The notes under the pieces: model-generated
The model's database searches: none
Told to the model about the DNA's origin: nothing
The model's input: only the letters and a program-made list of their open reading frames with translations
NCBI GenBank assembly: GCA_965116925.1
Contig: OZ220744.1
Coordinates: 4,512,001-4,576,000, forward strand
DNA length: 64,000 bases
Direction of reading: 5' to 3'
DNA from: Candidatus Poribacteria bacterium
GTDB taxonomy: Bacteria > Poribacteria > WGA-4E > PCPOR2b
Position numbers and translations under genes: made by a program
Part shown: positions 8,474 to 16,976 of the stretch, piece by piece
Position numbering within the stretch: the stretch's first letter is position 1
How the letters are laid out: every line of letters starts with the position of its first letter

Positions 8474-10993
8474 ATGAAAGCAATGCAATTTTCCACACTC
8501 ACGCTTATCTTTGTGGCACTCCTGTTTTTATCAAACACCTTTGCCCAAGACTCTCCACAGTGGCACTTACCGCAAGGAGCCAAAATGCGTCTCGGTAAAG
8601 GCGCAATGCGTAAGATACAGTATTCGCCGGACGGCACCCGTCTCGCTGTCGCTAGTGGTATTGGTATTTGGCTCTACGATACGATGACCCATCAAGAGAT
8701 CGCTCTGATCACCGAGCATACAGATAGGATCGGTAGTATCGCATTTAGTCCGGATGGGGATATCCTCGCAGGCGGGGATTGGGACGGTAAAATCCGTCTG
8801 TGGGATGCCGTAACAGGGGCATACAAGCAGACCCTCACAGGGCATACGTCTGGTGGGGTCATTAGTGTTACGTTTAGTCCAGATGGCATTACCCTCGCAA
8901 GTGGGGGTACGGACGAGACTATTCGCTTGTGGGACAGCGCGACGGGTGAACACAAGCACACACTTATAGGGCATACGTCTACGGTCTTGAGCGTTGCCTT
9001 CAATCCAGATGGGAATACACTTGCGAGTGGAAGCTGGGACAGTACAGTACGGCTGTGGGATGCTGACACAGGTGCACCCAAGCAGACCCTCACAGGGCAT
9101 ACATATGTGGTCAGTAGCGTAGCGTTCAGTCCCGATGGACGAACACTCGCAAGCGGAAGTTATGACAACACGGTGCGACTGTGGGATGCTGTAACGGGTG
9201 CATATAAACACATACTTACAGGACATACGTATTTTGTCCATAGCATTGGGTTCAGTCCAGATGGCACGACGCTCGCCAGTGGGAGTTGGGACCGCACTAT
9301 CCGTCTGTGGGATGCCATTACGGGTGAACACAAGCAGACGCTTACGGGGCATACAGATCAGGTCAGGAGCATCGATTTCAGCCCGGATGGGAATACGCTC
9401 GCCAGTGGGAGCTATGACAGTACAGTACGGCTGTGGGATGTTATTACGGGTGCACCCAAGCATACACTCACAGGGCATGTAACTGAGGTCTATGACATCG
9501 CGCTTAGCCCGGATGGACGGACGCTTGCTAGCGGTGTAGACTACGCGGTACGGCTGTGGGATGTCGGCACGGGTGAACACATACAGATACTTGCTGGGGA
9601 TTGGTCTCACACGGGTGAACACATACAGATACTTAATGGGCATTCGTCCGAGGTTTATAGCGTCGCGTTTAGCCCGGATGGGAACACACTTGCTAGTGGG
9701 GGTGTAGACAGCGGGGTGATTTTGTGGGATATTGTCACGGGTGGATACAAGCGAGTTCTCAGCAAGCATAGGTCTCCGATCCATAGCGTTGCGTTTAGTC
9801 CGGATGGACGGACGCTTGCCAGCGGGGATGCGGACAGGACGGTGATTCTGTGGGATGTTATGGCAGGTGAACACAAACAGACCCTCACCGGGCATAGGGG
9901 GCAAGTCGCTAGCGTCGCCTTCAGTCCGGATGGACAGACTCTCGCAAGTGGGAGTTATGACAATACCATTCGACTGTGGGATGCCGTTACTGGGGCGCAG
10001 ACACAGACCCTTATCGGACATACAGATCGGGTCTATAGCGTTGCCTTCAGTCCGAATGGACGGACCCTGGCAAGTGGGAGTTACGACAATACCATCCGCC
10101 TGTGGGATACCGTGACAGGTGTACATAAGCAAACGCTCACCGGACATACGAGAATCAGGAATATTGCGTTCAGCCCAAATGGGAACACGCTCGCCGGTGG
10201 ACATACGGATGGAACTATCCGCCTGTGGGATGCCATGACAGGTGCACCCAAGCAAACCTTCACTGGATATACGAGGATGGTTAGAGGCATAGCGTTTAGC
10301 CCGGATGGCACCACGCTTGCCAGTGGAAGTTCGGACGGTACGATGCTCCTGTGGAATCTCACCCCTACAATGGATCTACCACTACTTGGAGATGTCAGCC
10401 GCGATGGTGTGGTGAATGCCCAAGATTTAGTGCTCGTTGCTGCACGGTTTGGGCAGAGGGAACAAAATGATGCCGATGTCAATGGGGATGGTGTTGTCAA
10501 TATTTTCGATCTCGTCACAGTTGCTAGTATGCTAGGCAATGCGGCAGCCGCGCCTTCAGCGCATTCACAGTCACTTGAGACGCTCACCGCCGCCGAAGTC
10601 GAGGGTTGGCTCACCCAAGCGCAGCAAATCGCACTGACAGATCCCGTCTATCTGCGGGGCATCGCTGTGTTGGAACAACTTCTCGCAGCATTGACTCCGA
10701 AAGAGACAGTATTGCTGCCCAACTACCCCAACCCATTCAATCCAGAGACGTGGATTCCATATCAACTCACCCATACTGCCGATGTCCAGGTTGCCATTTA
10801 TGGCGCAAAAGGTGCGCTGGTGCGTCGATTAGATATAGGGTATCAACCTGCGGGATACTACACGGATCGGACAAAGGCGGCGTATTGGGATGGCTGCAAT
10901 GAAAGCGGGGAATCGGTAGCAAGCGGAGTTTATGTCTATCAACTCCGTGCGGGAGATTATACCGCCACGAGACGGATGGTAATCGTCAAGTAA
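8474..10993 (+). CDS. Secreted WD40-repeat protein with dockerin-like domain and C-terminal FlgD-Ig/T9SS-sorting-like domain
   Basis: Signal peptide ending TFAQD and about 14 WD40 repeats. Paired Ca-binding loops DVSRDGVVN and DVNGDGVVN precede the tail LLPNYPNPFNPETWIPY...SGVYVYQL. The start is placed at MKAMQFS rather than at 8291. Confidence 0.92.
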   Translation: MKAMQFSTLTLIFVALLFLSNTFAQDSPQWHLPQGAKMRLGKGAMRKIQYSPDGTRLAVASGIGIWLYDTMTHQEIALITEHTDRIGSIAFSPDGDILAGGDWDGKIRLWDAVTGAYKQTLTGHTSGGVISVTFSPDGITLASGGTDETIRLWDSATGEHKHTLIGHTSTVLSVAFNPDGNTLASGSWDSTVRLWDADTGAPKQTLTGHTYVVSSVAFSPDGRTLASGSYDNTVRLWDAVTGAYKHILTGHTYFVHSIGFSPDGTTLASGSWDRTIRLWDAITGEHKQTLTGHTDQVRSIDFSPDGNTLASGSYDSTVRLWDVITGAPKHTLTGHVTEVYDIALSPDGRTLASGVDYAVRLWDVGTGEHIQILAGDWSHTGEHIQILNGHSSEVYSVAFSPDGNTLASGGVDSGVILWDIVTGGYKRVLSKHRSPIHSVAFSPDGRTLASGDADRTVILWDVMAGEHKQTLTGHRGQVASVAFSPDGQTLASGSYDNTIRLWDAVTGAQTQTLIGHTDRVYSVAFSPNGRTLASGSYDNTIRLWDTVTGVHKQTLTGHTRIRNIAFSPNGNTLAGGHTDGTIRLWDAMTGAPKQTFTGYTRMVRGIAFSPDGTTLASGSSDGTMLLWNLTPTMDLPLLGDVSRDGVVNAQDLVLVAARFGQREQNDADVNGDGVVNIFDLVTVASMLGNAAAAPSAHSQSLETLTAAEVEGWLTQAQQIALTDPVYLRGIAVLEQLLAALTPKETVLLPNYPNPFNPETWIPYQLTHTADVQVAIYGAKGALVRRLDIGYQPAGYYTDRTKAAYWDGCNESGESVASGVYVYQLRAGDYTATRRMVIVK

Positions 10994-11010
10994 GCGTATA
11001 AACCAGCAAG

Positions 11011-11043
11011 AGAAACCGAGTTTTTCTCAAAAACTCGGTTTCT
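11011..11043. repeat. AGAAACCGAGTTTT...AAAACTCGGTTTCT palindrome, copy 1 of 4 (others at 16898-16931, 31906-31939, 52403-52436)
   Basis: Perfect 15-bp inverted repeat with a 3-nt loop. The same stem recurs at three other intergenic sites. Confidence 0.9.
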
Positions 11044-11109
11044 GAGGTTATTTATCAATCCAAGGCTTATTTGAATGGCAGCCTACTTCAAAAAAAAGGA
11101 GCACTTTAC

Positions 11110-12942
11110 ATGAAAACGACTGTGACGTTACTTGTTCTTTTAACCCTGTTTTCACAAAGTACCTTGGCTCAAGATTCCCCGCAATGGAACTTACCCAAAG
11201 GTGTCAAGGCGCGCTTTGGTAAAGGCAAGATATTTGAACTTCAGTATTCGCCGGATGGCACTCTGCTCGCTATCGCTAGTGGTATCGGTATTTGGCTCCA
11301 TGATACAACGACCCTTCAAGAGGTTGCCCTGCTTACTGGGCATACGGGTTTTGTCAATAGTGTCGCCTTCAGTCCGGAGGGACGGACGCTTGCCAGTGGC
11401 AGTTCAGACAACACGGTGCGGTTGTGGGATGGTGTGACGGGTAAACATAAACGAACACTTAAAGGACATGCGGGTTCAGTTAATAGCATCACCTTTAGCC
11501 CGGATGGGAGGACGCTTGCCAGTGGCAGTTCAGACAGCACGGTGCGGTTGTGGGATGGTGTGACGGGCAAATACAAGCAGACACTCATGGGGCATACGTC
11601 TGGAGTCATGAGTGTCGCCTTCAGTCCGGATGGGAGGACGCTTGCTAGTGGCAGTTCAGACAGCACAGTGCGGTTGTGGAATGGCACGACAGGTAGATAC
11701 GAACAAGCACTCATCGGGCATACGCGAGGAGTTGCTAGCGTAGCGTTCAGTTCGGATGGGAAGACCCTCGCTAGTGGGAGTTTTTACGACACGGTGCGGT
11801 TGTGGGATGGTGTGACGGGTAAACACAAGCGGACCCTCACAAGAAATACGTGGGGGAGTGCTAGCATAGCGTTTAGCCCGGTGGAAGATCTGCTCGTCAT
11901 TGGAAGTTCGGATGGTACGGTGCAGCTACGGGTTGCTGCCACGGGTGTGTACGATCAGACACTCAGAGGACATACGTCTAGAGTCAATAGCATCGCCTTT
12001 AGCCCGGATGGAAAGACTTTTGCTAGTGGGAGTGAGGATGGCACGGTGTGGCTGTGGGATGCTGCCACAGGGTATCCCATAGCGACACTGATTGGATATA
12101 CAGAGGAGGTCACTACTGTTGCGTTTAGCCCAGATGGGGATATACTTGCAAGCGGAAGCGTAGACAAGATGGCAAGGCTGTGGGATGTTGCCACGGGGTG
12201 GCATGAAGCCACACTTGCCAAGCATACGGAGGCGGTTTACGATATTGCGTTCAGCCCGGATGGAGACACACTCGCAACTGGAAGCCGGAAAGGCGTAGTG
12301 CACCTGTGGGATGCCGTCACAGGACGACATAAATGGACATACTGGAATCGAGGGTTAGTCAAAATCATAACATTCAGTCCGGCTGGGGGCACACGCACAA
12401 GTAGAGGAGGAGATGGCGAAAGGCATCTGTGGGACGCTGTCACGGGACGGTACAAAGCTCCACTCGACAAACATATATCCCGTGCTTTCAGCATTGCGTT
12501 CAGTCCCGATGGCAGTCTCCTTGCAACTGGAAATAAGAACGGCCCCGTGCACCTATGGGACACGCGCACGGGGGCACATCTCAAAACACTCAAAGACGAT
12601 GACCAAACGTCTTGGGTCTATAGCTTAGCATTCAGTCCTGATAGTACTACCCTCGCAAGTGGGATCCGTACAGGGGTGCAGCTCTGGGATGTCGTCACAG
12701 GGCAACCCACAACTACGTTTGCAGGGAGCCATGTGACTAGTATTGCGTTTAGTCCGAATGGAGACATCCTCGCAAGTGGAGGCTCCGATATATGGCTATG
12801 GGACGTTGCCACGGGGCAGCTCGTAGCTACCCTCACAGGGCATACGGGGGTTGTCAACAGTGTTGCGTTCAGTCCGGATGGGGACACCTTCGCAAGTGGG
12901 AGCCGAGACGGCACAGTGCTCCTGTGGGATTTGTATCAATAG
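11110..12942 (+). CDS. Secreted WD40-repeat protein (no C-terminal sorting domain)
   Basis: Signal peptide ending TLAQD and about 14 WD40 repeats, with near-identical 126-bp units at 11384, 11510 and 11636. Confidence 0.92.
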   Translation: MKTTVTLLVLLTLFSQSTLAQDSPQWNLPKGVKARFGKGKIFELQYSPDGTLLAIASGIGIWLHDTTTLQEVALLTGHTGFVNSVAFSPEGRTLASGSSDNTVRLWDGVTGKHKRTLKGHAGSVNSITFSPDGRTLASGSSDSTVRLWDGVTGKYKQTLMGHTSGVMSVAFSPDGRTLASGSSDSTVRLWNGTTGRYEQALIGHTRGVASVAFSSDGKTLASGSFYDTVRLWDGVTGKHKRTLTRNTWGSASIAFSPVEDLLVIGSSDGTVQLRVAATGVYDQTLRGHTSRVNSIAFSPDGKTFASGSEDGTVWLWDAATGYPIATLIGYTEEVTTVAFSPDGDILASGSVDKMARLWDVATGWHEATLAKHTEAVYDIAFSPDGDTLATGSRKGVVHLWDAVTGRHKWTYWNRGLVKIITFSPAGGTRTSRGGDGERHLWDAVTGRYKAPLDKHISRAFSIAFSPDGSLLATGNKNGPVHLWDTRTGAHLKTLKDDDQTSWVYSLAFSPDSTTLASGIRTGVQLWDVVTGQPTTTFAGSHVTSIAFSPNGDILASGGSDIWLWDVATGQLVATLTGHTGVVNSVAFSPDGDTFASGSRDGTVLLWDLYQ

Positions 12943-12947
12943 AGACT

Positions 12948-12986
12948 GTCAATAAGGATAGGGCTGTGAATATCTTCGATTTTTAA
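12948..12986 (+). pseudogene. Out-of-frame dockerin-like remnant (VNKDRAVNIFDF)
   Basis: The -1 frame after the WD40 stop resembles VNGDGVVNIFDL of the 8474-10993 paralogue. Confidence 0.6.
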
Positions 12987-12996
12987 GACGTTCTAC

Positions 12997-13019
12997 GGGC
13001 GGGGATACCCCGCCCCTAC
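12997..13019 (-). repeat. GTAG-type REP, class GTAGGGGCGGGGnnnCCCCGCCC
   Basis: gggcggggataccccgcccctac, with related copies at 14745-14767 and 40063-40085. Confidence 0.8.
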
Positions 13020-14674
13020 TGACTCGATTTTACGCTCCCCTCGACCAGTGTGAGAGTTTGATTTGGCTCAACTCCTTCAAGATATTCCTCTAGACCGCTG
13101 GGCCAACGGATCTCCACCCGATCGGCTTGGCGATGTTTTCCCAGTCCAAAATGTAAACGCATATCGTTCTGCGATAGGTAACTTGAGCCACTCCGAACCT
13201 CCCGAATCTGTGTTAGGTTACCGGTTGTTATCTTGACCCTTGCTCCAATCGCATCCCGATTGCTGCGCGTCCCAATCAGTTTGAGAATCAACCACGTATT
13301 TTGTCCCCCCTTATTCTCCAATAGGTCTGGAGCTCCCTTCAGGTTTGTTACGAGTAGGTCGAGATCGCCGTCGTTGTCGTAGTCAGCGTAAGCGAAGCCA
13401 CGGCTGACTTTCTCCAACTGCATATCGGAACCTGAATCAACACCGACCTCGTCAAAGGTGCCATCTCGATTGTTGCGGAAGATGAGATTGGGTTGTTCAT
13501 AAAATCCGGTCGGGTTAAATGCTTGAACATTCTCGTCCAGATGTCCGTTGGCGATGAACAGATCTTGATAACCGTCGTTATCGTAGTCGCAGAAACTTAC
13601 ACCCCACGCCAAGTAGGACAAACTCATTGTCCCAATTTGTGATGCATAGGTCACATCCGAGAATAGCCCGTTTCCCTCATTGTGGTAGAGGGTGTTTGTC
13701 TGGTCTTGGAAGTTGGTAACGACGAGATCTAAGTAGCCATCGTTATCGTAATCCCCAAAGTCAGTGCCCATGCCGTTCTCCGCTTCGCCATCTTCGCTGA
13801 ATCCTACGCCTGCGGTCAAGCTGACATCGGCAAAGGTGCCATCGCCGTTGTTGCGGTATAGGAAATTTTGGTCGGCATCGTTGGCGATATAGACATCCAT
13901 GTCGCCATCGTCATCGTAATCCCCCCAAGCGAGAGCGAGTCCCCGTCCTGTTGCTCCAGAAAAGCCTTCGGATTTCGTCACGTCGGTAAAGGTCCCGTCG
14001 CCGTTGTTGTGATAGAGGATATCCAGTTCCCCTTCATAGAGGCGTGGGTCACAATAAACACGCACCCCTTTATTCATGCAGACCTGATCGGATTCGATGT
14101 CATACTTCACATAGTTTGTCACATAGAGGTCTAAAAATCCATCGTTATCGTAATCGACGAAGGCGCAGCTTGCCCCCCAGCGCATGTCGCCGGTGCCCGT
14201 TTCCCTCGTGACATCGGAAAACGTGCCATCACCATTGTTACGGAAAAAGACGTTTGCCCCGAAGTTTGTCACGTACAGGTCGGAAAACCCGTCATTGTTG
14301 TAGTCTCCAACCGCACAGCCCATGCCGTATCCTGTATCGGCGACCCCTGCTGCCGCTGCGACATCGGTGAATGTCCCATCGCCGTTATTGCGATAGAGTG
14401 CGTTTCGCGGTGGTTCACCCTCATCTGATTGATTCTCTGCGAGAGGAGGGAGGTCTGCCCCGTTGACGAGGTAGATGTCTTGGAAACCGTCGTTGTTATA
14501 GTCTAGAAATGCTGCGCCCCCGCCGAGGGATTCGATGAAGTATCGCTGTCCGCTCCCACCATTATGGTGTTTGAAGTGGATGCCCGCTTCCTTTGTGACG
14601 GAGGTAAACTGGATTGGGGCTGTGGGGTAAGGGTTGCTGATGAGATGGAGTAGGAGAAATAAAAAAAGGCTCAT
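13016..14674 (-). CDS. CRTAC1-family protein (FG-GAP/VCBS-like repeats plus ASPIC/UnbV domain)
   Basis: Repeated DYNNDG/DYDNDG and NNGDGTF motifs. C-terminal SNRDAIGARV...SYLSQND.RLHFGLG...IRWPSG. Confidence 0.92.
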   Translation of the reverse strand: MSLFLFLLLHLISNPYPTAPIQFTSVTKEAGIHFKHHNGGSGQRYFIESLGGGAAFLDYNNDGFQDIYLVNGADLPPLAENQSDEGEPPRNALYRNNGDGTFTDVAAAAGVADTGYGMGCAVGDYNNDGFSDLYVTNFGANVFFRNNGDGTFSDVTRETGTGDMRWGASCAFVDYDNDGFLDLYVTNYVKYDIESDQVCMNKGVRVYCDPRLYEGELDILYHNNGDGTFTDVTKSEGFSGATGRGLALAWGDYDDDGDMDVYIANDADQNFLYRNNGDGTFADVSLTAGVGFSEDGEAENGMGTDFGDYDNDGYLDLVVTNFQDQTNTLYHNEGNGLFSDVTYASQIGTMSLSYLAWGVSFCDYDNDGYQDLFIANGHLDENVQAFNPTGFYEQPNLIFRNNRDGTFDEVGVDSGSDMQLEKVSRGFAYADYDNDGDLDLLVTNLKGAPDLLENKGGQNTWLILKLIGTRSNRDAIGARVKITTGNLTQIREVRSGSSYLSQNDMRLHFGLGKHRQADRVEIRWPSGLEEYLEGVEPNQTLTLVEGSVKSSQ

Positions 14675-14703
14675 GTCAAAAGAAGGTGTGCAGCGAGGAA
14701 AGA

Positions 14704-14910
14704 GTGAAACGTGAAAATTATTGGTTCATTGGTACGGTAAGCGCGGGCGGGGGAACCCCGCCCCTACGATTGGGTGTGCACCGGAATTCGTAGGGGTTGG
14801 GTCTCCCAACCCATTGGGTGCGGTGCCGTAATTTGCACAAGGGTTACGGCATACGGAGTATGCCTACTACTATAGGGGTTACGGCATACGGAGTATGCCT
14901 ATTACTATAA
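14704..14910. repeat. Mosaic intergenic repeat cluster: AAACGTG element, two GTAG REPs and a 35-bp tandem duplication
   Basis: AAACGTG element at 14704-14728, REPs at 14745-14767 and 14790-14812, tandem units at 14841-14875 and 14876-14910. Confidence 0.8.
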
Positions 14911-14912
14911 GA

Positions 14913-15659
14913 TTAATCGGTTTTCACATAGGTATGTGTCAGGGGTTCCCAACCGAGCAGGCACTTGGCTTTTGATAGATTAATCTCTTGCTGCTCCTCA
15001 TCACCGGCGATGAATACGGCATCAAAGCCGGTATGTTCGACAGAAAGCCCTGCAAGATAAGCCCGCGCGAGATCTTCCTCATCTGTCACCCAGAGGTGTC
15101 GATGACCGGACCTAGGTTGCCCACGTTGCTCGATCCACTGCTGACGGGTGCGGGGCCCTGTGATTCGCAAGGCGATGATCGACATACTGTGTTCACGGCA
15201 GAAGTATCGACAGATCCGCTCCCCAAACCCTTTCGTCAAACCGTACACACCGGGATTATCAAGTGGGACCTCCTCCTCAGATGGATACCAATTCCGTGTC
15301 CGTTCATGGACGGTGAACGTGCTGGTGTAAATGCCGTGCGTGATGCCTGCCTCTTTCGCGGCGTGCAACAGAATATGGAGTCCCATTGCGTTCACTTGAT
15401 AGTTGGCGATGATATCATCAAAATTCGCTAATGATGAGGAATCACTGGTGGGACGCTGCATGACCATATAGATGAAGGCATCCATGCCCTTGATCGCCTG
15501 CTGGACAACATCCGGGTCGACCACCGAACCTTCGATATATTCGATGGTCGAATCTTTGGGCGGGGAGAGGTCGAGAACACGAAACTGATGATGCGGTTTC
15601 ATGTAGGGCAGCGTCATAGTCCCGACATGTCCTGCGCCCCCAACAATTAGCACTTTCAT
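14913..15659 (-). CDS. NAD(P)-dependent epimerase/dehydratase (uronate dehydrogenase-like SDR)
   Basis: Rossmann motif MKVLIVGGAGHVG and YGLTK (YxxxK). Confidence 0.85.
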   Translation of the reverse strand: MKVLIVGGAGHVGTMTLPYMKPHHQFRVLDLSPPKDSTIEYIEGSVVDPDVVQQAIKGMDAFIYMVMQRPTSDSSSLANFDDIIANYQVNAMGLHILLHAAKEAGITHGIYTSTFTVHERTRNWYPSEEEVPLDNPGVYGLTKGFGERICRYFCREHSMSIIALRITGPRTRQQWIEQRGQPRSGHRHLWVTDEEDLARAYLAGLSVEHTGFDAVFIAGDEEQQEINLSKAKCLLGWEPLTHTYVKTD

Positions 15660-15669
15660 GGTGAATCTC

Positions 15670-16464
15670 CTATTCGTTCGCAATCTCACTGAGCGGACGA
15701 GCGTCGATGAAGAGTTTGGCACCGTGGCTGACCTCTGGGGGTGTATCCACCCCACATAGCCAGTTCCATGTGCGTTGGCGTCGTGCCATGTCGCGATAGG
15801 ACTCGACTTCGTTGGCGTAAAGGTGTCGCTCTCGGTTGGCGTAAGGCGGTATCTCCTCCGACTCTATCAGCCAATCCCGCTTCGGTGGCGAATTTCGGAA
15901 GTACGAAAATTTAATCATCCCACGACGTTTTGCGTTCAACTTCGGTCCCGCCTTGTGCCAGATGCCGTAGTGCGTTAAAACCACCGTCCCGGCGGGAACA
16001 GTCAAGGAGACCTGCCCCAAGATGTCGCCGTAATGGGCGATCGCCTCTCGGTCAACCAATCGGTGGTGGGAGCCGGGAAGCACCATTGTGGGACCGTCTT
16101 CAAGTGTAACGTTCTGCGGATAGTAGTAGCATTGCAAATGATTGACGCCGTAACCGTATTCGGAGAGACCGTCGGAGTGCCATGTCTGTCCGGTGTGTGC
16201 CTCTTCAAACAGATGATGGTGCGCGGTTATCGGCATAAAGAAATTCCGTCCGAGCAGAGAGCGGGCAACGCCAGCGACTTCCGGGTGCAATAGGACTTCT
16301 GCCCGAAATTCGGGTGTACAGGCGAATTCGTTGATGCTGCCGCCCGGCAAAGTTTCGCATTGATGATTGAACTCGTCGGAGACAACTCCCTCCAGCACCA
16401 CGGAACCCCTTGAAATAAAATCCATCACTTGGCTGTCATCCATAGTGGGTTGAATATCGTTCAT
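15670..16464 (-). CDS. Phytanoyl-CoA dioxygenase (PhyH) family Fe/2OG oxygenase
   Basis: WHSD (HxD), GPTMVLPGSHH and the distal His in IWHKA. Confidence 0.88.
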   Translation of the reverse strand: MNDIQPTMDDSQVMDFISRGSVVLEGVVSDEFNHQCETLPGGSINEFACTPEFRAEVLLHPEVAGVARSLLGRNFFMPITAHHHLFEEAHTGQTWHSDGLSEYGYGVNHLQCYYYPQNVTLEDGPTMVLPGSHHRLVDREAIAHYGDILGQVSLTVPAGTVVLTHYGIWHKAGPKLNAKRRGMIKFSYFRNSPPKRDWLIESEEIPPYANRERHLYANEVESYRDMARRQRTWNWLCGVDTPPEVSHGAKLFIDARPLSEIANE

Positions 16465-16476
16465 CGTTTCCTCCTG

Positions 16477-16845
16477 TTACAAGTCTGAAGTCGATTTTTC
16501 CAAGATGAATTCGTAACCCAGATAGGTGTTATCAATATCCGAAAATTGGTAGAGTTCCGCCCTCGGAAATTGAACAATCCGCCATCCGTCGTTGACCGCT
16601 TCGATAACCGAATCGTATGGGACCTCCTGCGACGGCAGGGTGGGTTCATACGGGACTGTTGGGTCATACAGGGCCCAACTGGCAATCGCTGAACGCATGT
16701 TTGTCGACTTTGAATAGAGATACAATATCAGTTGTCTCGGTTCGGTCAGAATCACCTCTAGCTGCTGAAGGTCGGCTTCTGTGAAGTTGCCCGCTTTAAG
16801 TTTTTTGCGGCTCTCGCCCAGCCACTGTTTGACTGTAGTTTCCAT
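16477..16845 (-). CDS. Small conserved hypothetical protein directly upstream of PhyH
   Basis: 122-aa ORF 12 bp upstream of the PhyH gene on the same strand, with the motif PYDSVIEAVNDGWRIVQFP. Confidence 0.7.
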   Translation of the reverse strand: METTVKQWLGESRKKLKAGNFTEADLQQLEVILTEPRQLILYLYSKSTNMRSAIASWALYDPTVPYEPTLPSQEVPYDSVIEAVNDGWRIVQFPRAELYQFSDIDNTYLGYEFILEKSTSDL

Positions 16846-16861
16846 TATATTTATCCCTATT

Positions 16862-16955
16862 GCCTATGAAAAAAGAAAGTACGTACAAAACGCTAACAGA
16901 AACCGAGTTTTGAAGAAAAAACTCGGTTTCTATTGCACGATTTCCTAACATAAGC
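16862..16955. mobile_element. Diverged MITE-like element (GCTCATGT family) carrying the AGAAACCGAG palindrome
   Basis: Ends gcctatgaaaaaagaaagt and ttgcacgatttcctaacataagc resemble the ends of the elements at 40024 and 52371. Confidence 0.5.
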
Positions 16956-16976
16956 CATCCCTGTTTCTTAAAATCA

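Noticed and set aside
8567..10255. 562-aa minus-strand ORF and other antisense ORFs over the WD40 genes
   Set aside because: These are shadow frames produced by repetitive WD40 codons, with no independent protein features.
7016..12942. Diversity-generating retroelement acting on the WD40 repeats
   Set aside because: No reverse transcriptase in the window, and the differences between repeats do not appear adenine-specific.
14841..14910. Possible mini-CRISPR (35-bp repeats)
   Set aside because: Two directly abutting copies with no spacer, and the sequence is a GTAG REP.
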